Part shown: positions 32,433-40,706 of the stretch, piece after piece | Numbering within the stretch: the first letter of the stretch is position 1 | Layout: each line of letters opens with the position of its first letter | Source: an uncultured Actinomycetes bacterium | GTDB lineage: Bacteria; Actinomycetota; Thermoleophilia; RBG-16-64-13 | NCBI GenBank assembly: GCA_963841735.1 | Contig: CAWJDT010000004.1 | Location: 383,395 to 447,394 of the forward strand | Reading direction: 5' to 3' | Length of the DNA: 64,000 bases | Notes under the pieces: model-generated | The model's database searches: none | Told to the model about the DNA's origin: nothing | Seen by the model: only the letters and a program-made list of their open reading frames with translations | Translations under genes and position numbers: made by a program

Positions 32433-33400
32433 TAGCCCAGTTCTTTTGCCACTACGTTCACTAGGGGCTCACCCTTGCGATAGCGGGCCACATTGTCCAG
32501 GAAGAGCTGCATGGCGTTGTCCAACCAATCGGACGTGCGGTCGGCGCAGTGTGGCGACAGAAGGACATTCTCCAGACCGTAGAACGGGTGCCCTGGGGGC
32601 AAAGGCTCACGGTCGAAGACATCTAGGGCCGCGCCTTTGATCCTGTTTTCGGATAGAGCACGGACTAGGGCTTCCTCGCGGATGACAGGACCGCGCCCCA
32701 CATTGATGATCACCGCTTCGGGCTTCAGCGCCGCAAGCTCAGCCTCTCCGATCATGCCTCGCGTTTCCGGCGTCAACGGAGCCGCGATCACCAGATAGTC
32801 GCACTGCTCGATCATGCGGATGCGATCAGACGGCGCGAAAATCTGTTCTGCCAGGTCGTCGCCCTGGTGCGCAGCCGGCCCTTGCCGGGTCAACCCGAGC
32901 ACCCGCATCCCCAGGGGACGGACGCTCCTGGCCACCGCCCGGCCGATGTCTCCATAGCCGACGATGCCCACGGTCTGGCCGGAGACGCCAACGACGCCGA
33001 AGGGATCCCAGCAACCGTAGCTCTGGTTTCGCACCAATCTCCGAAAGTCTTTCGCGAAATACAGGATGGCGCCGAGTACCCACTCCCCGAGCGACCGGCT
33101 GAATACCCCACGGCCGTTGGTCAACGCTGTCGGGCTCTGGGTGAGTTCCGGGGAGAGCAGGTGGTTCATACCGGCCCATACGATGTGCACCCAGCGCACA
33201 TTGGGACACATGAGCAGCGCCTGGCGCAGCAGATCACGGGAAGTGTCCCAACAGAGGATGATGGTCGCGCCCGGCGCGGCACGCTCAAAGTCCTCGGGGG
33301 CGGCGGCTACTACAAGATCCATGTCCGCGGTCGCTGCCTTGAGCTTCGCCAATAGCGGTTCGCCTGGCGGGCCTAGTACAAGCAGGGTCTCGTGATCCAT
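32429..33400 (-). CDS. D-2-hydroxyacid dehydrogenase
   Basis: GYGDIG, APLTPETRG, INVGRG, AALDVF..EPLP, SPH. Confidence 0.9.
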   Translation of the reverse strand: MDHETLLVLGPPGEPLLAKLKAATADMDLVVAAAPEDFERAAPGATIILCWDTSRDLLRQALLMCPNVRWVHIVWAGMNHLLSPELTQSPTALTNGRGVFSRSLGEWVLGAILYFAKDFRRLVRNQSYGCWDPFGVVGVSGQTVGIVGYGDIGRAVARSVRPLGMRVLGLTRQGPAAHQGDDLAEQIFAPSDRIRMIEQCDYLVIAAPLTPETRGMIGEAELAALKPEAVIINVGRGPVIREEALVRALSENRIKGAALDVFDREPLPPGHPFYGLENVLLSPHCADRTSDWLDNAMQLFLDNVARYRKGEPLVNVVAKELGY

Positions 33401-33476
33401 GAACAAGACGCTACCACATGTCCGAGCGCATCTTGTGGCAGCGCACCTGAGCGCGACTTGCCACGCGGCCGAACAG

Positions 33477-33614
33477 ATTATGCCCCGGCGATTTGCTCAG
33501 AGAATCCGAGAGAATGGCACATAGCTTCCTCCACCTCGGTCATGAGCTTCCGCGACCAATGTCGCCCCACTCAGACCACCCTGCAAAGCTTGATGTCTTA
33601 TCCACCACGTATCA
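33477..33614 (-). pseudogene. Possible MazF/PemK C-terminal remnant
   Basis: Fragments IR-VDK and RKLMTEVEEAMCHSLGF in different frames. Confidence 0.3.
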
Positions 33615-34736
33615 CTACCGCACGGAGCGATAGCCGCCCCTGACGCCCCTCGGGCTGAGGACGACCTGCCAGACCTGGTGCCGTCTCACCCTGAAGCTGG
33701 CCGCGCAGGAGAGCAGGTAGTACGTCCACATACGGTAGAAGCGCTCATCGTAGTCTTGCTTGACCTGGTCCCAACTGTCTTCAAAGTTCTTGCACCAGGC
33801 CATAAGAGTGGGATCGTAGTTCACACCGAAGTTATGCCAGTCCTCCAGGATGAACAGCCCTTCGGCGGCCGTGGTGATCTGCTTCGCGGAGGGGATCATC
33901 GAGTTCGGGAAGATGTACTTCGCGATCCAGGGGTCGGTGATCCGGCCCGACCTGTTGCGCCCGATGGAATGGAGCAGCATGAGGCCGTCTTGTGCGAGCG
34001 ACCTGTGGGCCACTTCCATGAAGTTGCGATAGTTGTTGACCCCGACGTGCTCGAACATGCCGATGGACACGATGCGGTCGAACGACCCGGAAATGCTTCG
34101 GTAGTCCAAGAGCTCGAAGTCCACGGGAAGCCCCGCTGCCCTCTCCCGGCCAAGTTCGATCTGTTCGCGCGAGACAGAGACGCCCGTGACGTGGGCGCCG
34201 TACTTCTCGGCCGCGTACGTGGCGAAGCCGCCCCAGCCGCAACCGATGTCGAGCACCCGCATCCCTTCGCGGACGTCCAGCTTGCGGCAGATCAGGTCCA
34301 GCTTGGCCTCCTGGGCTTGATCGAGAGTGAGGGCCGATTCCCAATAGCCGCAGGAGTAGTTGAGACCCTTGTCCAGCATCTTGACGAACAGGTCGTTGCC
34401 GATGTCGTAGTGGTGTTCGCCGATCTCGAACGCTTTGGTGAGGCGCTGCGGATTGAGCATCCTGGCCTTGAGGGCTGCCCACAGTAGAGCCTTTGAGCGG
34501 AGCACGCGCTTCTCCAGTCCCGCGGTCAGGACGCGTTCGAAGAACTGGTCCAAAGCCGGGCAGTCCCACCAGCCGTCCATGTAGGCCTCGCCGAGACCCA
34601 ACGTGCCGCCGCCCAGAACGGCCGAGTACAGCCTCGGGTCGTTCACCCTTATATCGAAGGGCCGACTGCCGTCGATCTGCACTCCGGCGATATCCAACAT
34701 GCTCTGCACGAGCATCTGCTGTGCGTCACTCTTCAA
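33615..34736 (-). CDS. cfa: Cyclopropane-fatty-acyl-phospholipid synthase
   Basis: LGEAYMDGWW, HYDIGN, YSCGYW, VLDIGCGWG, SIGMFEHVG, RMW.YYL. Confidence 0.95.
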   Translation of the reverse strand: MKSDAQQMLVQSMLDIAGVQIDGSRPFDIRVNDPRLYSAVLGGGTLGLGEAYMDGWWDCPALDQFFERVLTAGLEKRVLRSKALLWAALKARMLNPQRLTKAFEIGEHHYDIGNDLFVKMLDKGLNYSCGYWESALTLDQAQEAKLDLICRKLDVREGMRVLDIGCGWGGFATYAAEKYGAHVTGVSVSREQIELGRERAAGLPVDFELLDYRSISGSFDRIVSIGMFEHVGVNNYRNFMEVAHRSLAQDGLMLLHSIGRNRSGRITDPWIAKYIFPNSMIPSAKQITTAAEGLFILEDWHNFGVNYDPTLMAWCKNFEDSWDQVKQDYDERFYRMWTYYLLSCAASFRVRRHQVWQVVLSPRGVRGGYRSVR

Positions 34737-35030
34737 GCCGCTCCCTCCTTGGCGACGACCGGCGGAGCACCGGACGGCTGCCTCACTGCTCGATCACGAA
34801 CGATACGTTGGCTGTGGCATGACGGGCCACGCCATAACGATACACTCCGGAGCCGAACCGGTGAAACCCACGTCGGTGACGTGGGCCCTTCCCAAGATCT
34901 CCAAGACCGCTCTGTGCCGTTGTACCACCAGTCCTAGCCTGATGAACACGGTTTCGGCGCTTTTCGACCCGTTCCTCGGAAGAACAAACAGCCCGGATCC
35001 CTTTTGCTGGCCTTCTTGGGTCACAAGGAA

Positions 35031-35076
35031 AGCCGGTGAGGGGACTTGAACCCCAAACCTGCTGATTACAAATCAG
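35031..35076 (-). repeat. Distal att site, duplicated 3' part of tRNA-Thr
   Basis: AGCCGGTGAGGGGACTTGAACCCC(A/T)AACCTGCTGATTACAAATCAG, 45/46 identical to 44876-44921. Confidence 0.95.
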
Positions 35077-35121
35077 GCCCGATATGCCGATTTGCAGGCG
35101 CTTTCTCTCTGCTATTCCCGT

Positions 35122-35140
35122 CGTAAGCACGACGTAAGCA
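35122..35140 (+). promoter_or_regulatory. Putative integrase arm-type sites
   Basis: CGTAAGCA twice at 11-bp period; same pair at 44736-44754. Confidence 0.7.
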
Positions 35141-35384
35141 GTGAGGCTAGAGTACGGATGATCGTCTCGGCAAACTGGCCGACATTCAGGTCAAGCTCAC
35201 GCGGTTCACCGAGCGGGATAACTTCGGCAGCAACAGTGAGCGACGGCCCCGTAGGCTTCACAGAATCGACGCTACGGCGTTACCAGGCGGCCGGGGCAGG
35301 CTTCACCCGGAGGCCTTGCGCTGGCTTGCCATTGGGGCTACCTTCCTCTGTGAAATCTAACGAGAGACGCCACAGGGGGTCGCT

Positions 35385-35852
35385 ATGCTAGCTGGGATAG
35401 CGTTGGGGGTTGCCGCAGCCTCCCTCGGCTGGCAAGTCTACACGTGGTTGAAAGGCCGGCGGCCAAATGTCGTCGTGGAGCTCAGAGCGACAGCTGATCG
35501 CTTTCCTATCCCCAGCTTGAAGGAAATGAGTCTGCGAGAGTTGGGTCTGTCCCCCCCAAAGTCCTACAGCGGTTGGACCTTCGCCTTGACCGTACGCAAC
35601 AAGAGCAGCCTGCCCGTGCAGGTGGACGAGATCGGTCTCTGCTCCCAAAGCTCGTCACCGAACACGTACTCAGTCAAGCGAGCATTGCCTGGGGGTCTGC
35701 CCGGCCGGGTAGCGGTCCAACAGAAGGCCCATGCTGTTCTATCAGCCGAAGATGCTACGAAGGAGGGGCTCAGTCTCGCCAAACCCCTAGTTGCCTACGC
35801 TGTTCTCGCTACTGGCGAAACCGTCAGATCCAAACCCGTGGCTTTGGACTAG
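35385..35852 (+). CDS. Membrane-anchored hypothetical protein (island cargo)
   Basis: N-terminal hydrophobic helix followed by a beta-rich domain. Confidence 0.55.
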   Translation: MLAGIALGVAAASLGWQVYTWLKGRRPNVVVELRATADRFPIPSLKEMSLRELGLSPPKSYSGWTFALTVRNKSSLPVQVDEIGLCSQSSSPNTYSVKRALPGGLPGRVAVQQKAHAVLSAEDATKEGLSLAKPLVAYAVLATGETVRSKPVALD

Positions 35853-35937
35853 AGCCCCGCTTCTGGGCGGGCAGGGGACCCGCCGGCAAAGCTTGCCGAC
35901 TACCGAAGTTGAACTCGGGCCTGACTGTCTCTGGCAG

Positions 35938-36468
35938 TCACTCGGCGGCGTCGATTGCGTCAAGAATCAGGTACAAGGCATCCTCAACCTTGTACAGTTG
36001 TGCGTCAGCTTCACCGAAAGCGGTGGTAGCCGCCTCAGAGTCCTTGCGAGCCTCGGCCTGCTGGAACTGAGAGTCCAATTGACAGTAGCGCTCAAAGGCG
36101 TCCACCAGTTGCTGATGCTTCGCCGCGAGTTCTTGGGGCGGGCGCATCTGTTTGAGCTGAGACAAATCTTCGAATTCGGCTTCAACGTGTTGGCGGTACT
36201 CCGCGTCATCGAAATCTGGGTTGCCTTGCGCGTCCTCTCCAAGCTCGGGAGGAGAATTGCTCGCGAGATCGTCACCCCACGCGTATATGGCATCCTTGTA
36301 CTCAGCCAACGTCCCGCCCTTCTCAACAGATGTTGCCGGGGCAGACGTCGTCGAGACGCCTCGGGTGCTGTTCGTGCTGTCGGCTTCTTTGCTGCCACAC
36401 CCCGCCACAATGAGAGCGCAAGTGCACAGAAGCGCTAGAGCAACGACGACGAGTCTCCGTACGGTCAT
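35938..36468 (-). CDS. Lipoprotein (island cargo)
   Basis: LIVAGC lipobox, Ser/Thr linker, acidic helical domain; GAGGGG RBS. Confidence 0.7.
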   Translation of the reverse strand: MTVRRLVVVALALLCTCALIVAGCGSKEADSTNSTRGVSTTSAPATSVEKGGTLAEYKDAIYAWGDDLASNSPPELGEDAQGNPDFDDAEYRQHVEAEFEDLSQLKQMRPPQELAAKHQQLVDAFERYCQLDSQFQQAEARKDSEAATTAFGEADAQLYKVEDALYLILDAIDAAE

Positions 36469-36620
36469 GGCTTCCCCTCACGTTGGAACATTTACGCTCC
36501 CCCCACTGTAGGACATGCCTCAGACAGAGGATAGAGAACAACCCCATGCCGGAAAAGCCTGGCGCCGCCCCCCATCCTCCACCGGATCGCTCGGGAGACG
36601 ACGGAACGCGGCCGGGGTAG

Positions 36621-37004
36621 CTACCCCCGGCTGTGCCCGCACCAACCGCACGCTTCAGAGTCCGCAGGGATCAACTCGCCGCAGCCTTGGCACTTGACCC
36701 GGGGAGAAGGCAACTGCTCCCCGGTCACGGCTCTCGCGAGGCGCTCTTTGCGGGTCTTCCACCAGCGAGACAACCCAGTACCGTAGTCAAATAGCCACCA
36801 GCCCGCGTACAACACGGCCGCCCCGATTACAATGAAGACGATCCGATTCGTGCCTTCGTAGCGCTGGGCCGCCATGCCGATGCCCAGAGCAGCCAACAGA
36901 ACAAGCGCCCCACCCAGAGCCGCCAGGGACTTCGCAATGGCTTTCGATACCTTCATGGCCGCCCCCACATCAGTCAGCATGAGTACGAGGATGCCAGTCC
37001 ACAC
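36621..37004 (-). CDS. Small membrane protein with C-terminal zinc ribbon
   Basis: Hydrophobic helices, CQGC...CGWC; TTGACT-16-TATACT promoter at 37011-37038. Confidence 0.6.
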   Translation of the reverse strand: MWTGILVLMLTDVGAAMKVSKAIAKSLAALGGALVLLAALGIGMAAQRYEGTNRIVFIVIGAAVLYAGWWLFDYGTGLSRWWKTRKERLARAVTGEQLPSPRVKCQGCGELIPADSEACGWCGHSRG

Positions 37005-37119
37005 TTGGCCAGTATAGGGGCGCTTATTCCTAAGTCAAATGGTACGGACAACGCCCGGCTGGCAAAGCTTGGTAGCGGCCGATTCGGGGGGCTCTCGCAG
37101 CCACAGAACAGCCCTAGCC

Positions 37120-37761
37120 TCACGGATTGGGCGAGTACCCCCACGTGGCTGCTAGCCACTCGGGCGTCCCGTAGCCTTCAAAGTCAGGGAAATAGTCCAC
37201 ATAGGCTGGTGTCGAATCCAGCGGCATTTCGAAGGGAACGGCTCCCTTCACGATGCGGCCCGCCTGGAGAACGCCTGACTCTAGCCTCGGTTCGCTGCAC
37301 AGTGTGGACATTGTGAAGACCTGCCCCTCGGAATCGGTGAGGCGCAATTGAATAGGGCTGTAGGAGAACGCCTCATCGGTGTCGTTCCTGATAGCCACGG
37401 TCACGTAGAACACGCCATAGCCATCGTCCAGGAATAGCTTCTCGGTATCGCTCAGGGCGGTGTCAGCCTGAGGCTCAGAAACCCGTACGATCACACCCCC
37501 CAAATCGAGTTCCGATTCCCACACATACATCGGAGGGGGCAGAACCGATGTGGTCGTTAGAAACGCTTCTATGTCTTCCAGCGGGGGATACGGCTGAAGG
37601 GGCGTGATGGTTGTTGTGGTAGGCGCTTCAGTAGTTGTTCTGGCGGCGGCAGGCTGCTGGATAGTGGAGTTGGGCGCAGCACCGCCGCCACACGCTGTCG
37701 CAAGTAGAGCACAAGCGTAGACAAGCACGGCGGCAGCGAGCACGAGCTTCCGACAAGTCAT
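37120..37761 (-). CDS. DUF4352-like lipoprotein
   Basis: LATAC lipobox; V.VAIRN......SY.P....L.DSEG...L.SG.L..G...KG.V.FE.P. Confidence 0.7.
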   Translation of the reverse strand: MTCRKLVLAAAVLVYACALLATACGGGAAPNSTIQQPAAARTTTEAPTTTTITPLQPYPPLEDIEAFLTTTSVLPPPMYVWESELDLGGVIVRVSEPQADTALSDTEKLFLDDGYGVFYVTVAIRNDTDEAFSYSPIQLRLTDSEGQVFTMSTLCSEPRLESGVLQAGRIVKGAVPFEMPLDSTPAYVDYFPDFEGYGTPEWLAATWGYSPNP

Positions 37762-37885
37762 ACTTCCCCCTATCGTTCGCACTCGAGATCTGGGCCTCTT
37801 CATTGTAGAACAAAGGGAAGGCCCAGGATGGTCGCCCGGTACGGCGGCATGAGCACCGCGTACAGGTCAGCCTCGGAAGAGAGCT

Positions 37886-38374
37886 TCACTCCGCGTTGAT
37901 TTGATCTTCTGCGGTGTGTCCATCCTCCACCGGGCCTCGGTCTGCTTGGTCATTCGCCCTCCTGAGAATCCCCTCGTCGATGTCGTCGAGCACCGTGTGC
38001 TCGCGGGCCGGGCCTCGCGCTATCCAGAGGGGCTCCTGCCCGCTCAGGATCGCCTTCACCGCACCCCACGCCCGGCCCTGGGGTGCAGGCGCCCGGTAGC
38101 CCTCACGGATGATCTGACGGTAGCGGTCCCATCGAGCCCGGCCGTGGTGCCGGCAGTGGAGCATCATGTGGCACACGTAGCAAAAGCCGTAGGCGCCGAT
38201 GTGGTCACCAAAGGGCGCGGAGTAGTCTTCGCTGTGGGCCTCGACGATGCCCTCGGTTTGGCCGCAGGCCTCGCAGACTTCTGGCGGGCGGCGGCGCCCG
38301 GCCGCCACCTCGCCTTTCAGCCAACGTAGAGCCCGGTAGCGTTGCCCGGGCTCGAATCCGTTGTAGGAATTCAC
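37886..38374 (-). CDS. HNH-like Zn-binding endonuclease
   Basis: CEAC...AHSEDYS.P...FCYVCH...H; GGGGAG RBS before GTG. Confidence 0.6.
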   Translation of the reverse strand: MNSYNGFEPGQRYRALRWLKGEVAAGRRRPPEVCEACGQTEGIVEAHSEDYSAPFGDHIGAYGFCYVCHMMLHCRHHGRARWDRYRQIIREGYRAPAPQGRAWGAVKAILSGQEPLWIARGPAREHTVLDDIDEGILRRANDQADRGPVEDGHTAEDQINAE

Positions 38375-38685
38375 ATCAAACTCCCCACTTTTTGGGGCTT
38401 TATTGCACTGTTTTCGCCCCTTTACTCTAGCGCCCTCACCCGGCAATGCAAGCCGCAACAGGCTTGTTTGCAGGTCTTTATCTCAATCCGGGGTGACTGC
38501 AGGATCGTCTCCCAGGCGTTGGGGACTTTTGGCTATTTACGAGGCTAGTAAGGCGGGGGTGGGCGAGCGGTTCAAAATCACGTGACGACCCCCCCGCCCC
38601 TCTGCTTGCCGGGCTCCTCGATACAGAAGATCCTCCACACCGGGGAAGGAGAAGAGCGGGCAAGGCGGCCACGGCTCACTCTCCC

Positions 38686-39255
38686 TTAGAGCCCGATGGC
38701 ATCCCGGAGCTTGTCCACTACACCAGGGCCGCAAGCGTCGGCGCGGCAACCAGCGGCGGTGCGCTCCATCTGTAGCCTATGCAACTCAACCCGCACCCGC
38801 TTCAGGGCTTCAAAGGCATCCTCTCGGGCGATGAGGCTACGCGCGATACGCTTCTTCAACTCGGAGAGTTGGGCCTCCATCTTGGCGTTGGTCGGGACGA
38901 GCTCACCGATCTGGTTAATGAAGATGGCGTCGCTGTCAGCGAGTGCGTTCTTCGCTTGGATGGCCTCCCACCAGGCCAGGTCCGCCAGCTCAGCGATCTC
39001 TGCGGCTTCGCTGTCGCGGGCTACGGCCTTCTCGATCTGCCCGTCGAAGCGCTCGCGGGCGCGCCTCACATGCTCCGGCGTAGTGTCATCGGGCAGGTGG
39101 ATGTTCTCAGGGTTGACTTGCAGGCCCTCGGCCCAGCAGAAGAAGCCGAGCCGTTCCTGTCTACACAGGCCTCGACTGAGTGCACGCCCACAATACGGGC
39201 AGGTCTCTGCACCGCTCGTCGCCGTGGCCGCCTTGTTTTCCGGGGCTCTCATCAT
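38686..39255 (-). CDS. Hypothetical protein with CPYC motif and coiled coil
   Basis: ATGA-coupled to the protease gene. Confidence 0.6.
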   Translation of the reverse strand: MMRAPENKAATATSGAETCPYCGRALSRGLCRQERLGFFCWAEGLQVNPENIHLPDDTTPEHVRRARERFDGQIEKAVARDSEAAEIAELADLAWWEAIQAKNALADSDAIFINQIGELVPTNAKMEAQLSELKKRIARSLIAREDAFEALKRVRVELHRLQMERTAAGCRADACGPGVVDKLRDAIGL

Positions 39256-40163
39256 GCGAATACCTCCTTGAAGAACGTGGTTTCATACGCCTGTGCCTCG
39301 GGTTCGCCGTACCCCTTGCAGTGGCTTACCTCGTGAGCGACCACTCTGACGAGCTCGCGACCGCGCAGGTCTGCGCGAAGCCACAGCTCTCCGCCGTAGC
39401 CTTGGTACGCGCGCCCAAGGCTCTGACCCGTCCGGTCCTTGTACCAGAACACCGCGGGCGGATCGATGCCCAGGTGGTCAGCCGCGAGCTTCACAGCCGC
39501 CTCGGCTAGTTCCCGTATCCGTGCCGGGATGCGCCCCTCGGGCACGGGCTCGTGATGGTCATCTGCGTCTTGCACGGCGGAGCCGCGGCAAGACATCAGG
39601 CTGATCTTGACCATTCTGAGGTACTCGCGCTCAAGATCGCCACGTGCCTGCTCATCCCCGAAGAGGCTGCCTCGTATGGCCAGCATCTCCGCCCGGGTCG
39701 AGTCCTTCATTGCGAGGGTCCGCGTGCCGATGCTCGCGCCCTTCAGGACCGGCGAGACCTCATGCACGTCGACGCTGCTGATGATCCGGGCTCTGCGCCC
39801 TTCCCACTGTCCCTGCTTCGCCACGACGTTCTCGAGGCTGTAGCTCCACTCCCCCAGCTCCCCCAGCTCTTTCACCACAGTGAAGGTCTCGCGGCCGGCC
39901 TGGGTGTCCATGAAGAAGCGGCCGGTGAGAACGGCCTCCCGGTCGGTTGCGCTGATCGTGCCCTTGCCCACCGGGAGCGCGCCCGTCCAGCTTCCGTGAC
40001 CGTAGGCGGAGATACGGACGGGGGAGCCAGACTTGAAGGCCCCCGGCAGAATGACATCCCCGTCGCGGTCGATAACATTGAGCGTGGAGAAGACAGCAGT
40101 GACGGTCCCTTCTGCCTCGGACTTCACCTCCACCCCGCGAAGCGTCTTGTGTTCCAACTTCAT
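39252..40163 (-). CDS. HK97-family prohead protease fused to an HExxH metallopeptidase
   Basis: D.DGDVI.PGAF, YGH, EWSY, EVSPVL.GA; C-terminal VVAHEVSH...E. Confidence 0.85.
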   Translation of the reverse strand: MKLEHKTLRGVEVKSEAEGTVTAVFSTLNVIDRDGDVILPGAFKSGSPVRISAYGHGSWTGALPVGKGTISATDREAVLTGRFFMDTQAGRETFTVVKELGELGEWSYSLENVVAKQGQWEGRRARIISSVDVHEVSPVLKGASIGTRTLAMKDSTRAEMLAIRGSLFGDEQARGDLEREYLRMVKISLMSCRGSAVQDADDHHEPVPEGRIPARIRELAEAAVKLAADHLGIDPPAVFWYKDRTGQSLGRAYQGYGGELWLRADLRGRELVRVVAHEVSHCKGYGEPEAQAYETTFFKEVFA

Positions 40164-40167
40164 CACC

Positions 40168-40578
40168 TCACTTTCGTCTTGCCAATACCGAGTCCGTGCT
40201 GATCTTCCAGTGGCCGCTCTCTCGCCTGCCGAGCAGATCACCAGAGTCGAGCAGCCGGCGTATGTAACGATCCGAGCAGCCCAACACGTCCGCGGCCTGC
40301 GCAGTGGTCATGATTGCGTCCACCACTTCTGATTCTGGCAGCGGTTCCGCGGCGGCAGGTTCCGGAGTTCCGCGGCGGACCTCTTCGACCCATGCCCTCC
40401 CGGCCATCCTGATCGCGTCTGCGACGTCCTCAAGTATCAGCCGCAGGTGCGGCGGATACTCCTCTATCCGCTCTCGGATCTCCCGTTGAGCAAGCAACCC
40501 GGCGATGGCCACAGCCGGCCAGCCCTCGACAAGAGCGGCGGAGCGAATGAGACTACGGGGGGCGTCGGGACTGCTCAT
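40168..40578 (-). CDS. Protein with C-terminal excisionase-type HTH
   Basis: MTTAQAADVLGCSDRYIRRL...G.L..R...HWKI. Confidence 0.75.
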   Translation of the reverse strand: MSSPDAPRSLIRSAALVEGWPAVAIAGLLAQREIRERIEEYPPHLRLILEDVADAIRMAGRAWVEEVRRGTPEPAAAEPLPESEVVDAIMTTAQAADVLGCSDRYIRRLLDSGDLLGRRESGHWKISTDSVLARRK

Positions 40579-40599
40579 CGATCTGTCTCCCTCGATTCT

Positions 40600-40697
40600 T
40601 TGTTAGTTGTTAGCCCATATATAGAAAGGAGGGGCTAACTAACATTGCCCTGCCTCCTTTCTTAGCGGTAATGTTCCCGTTGTTAGCGGGCTAACAA
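40600..40697. other. Putative replication origin (iterons)
   Basis: TTGTTAG direct and inverted repeats around an ATATATA core, just downstream of the helicase. Confidence 0.55.
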
Positions 40698-40706
40698 GTC
40701 GGAGTC

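Noticed and set aside
35031-35076. Second tRNA gene
   Set aside because: It lacks the 5' acceptor strand and D arm; it is the att duplication.
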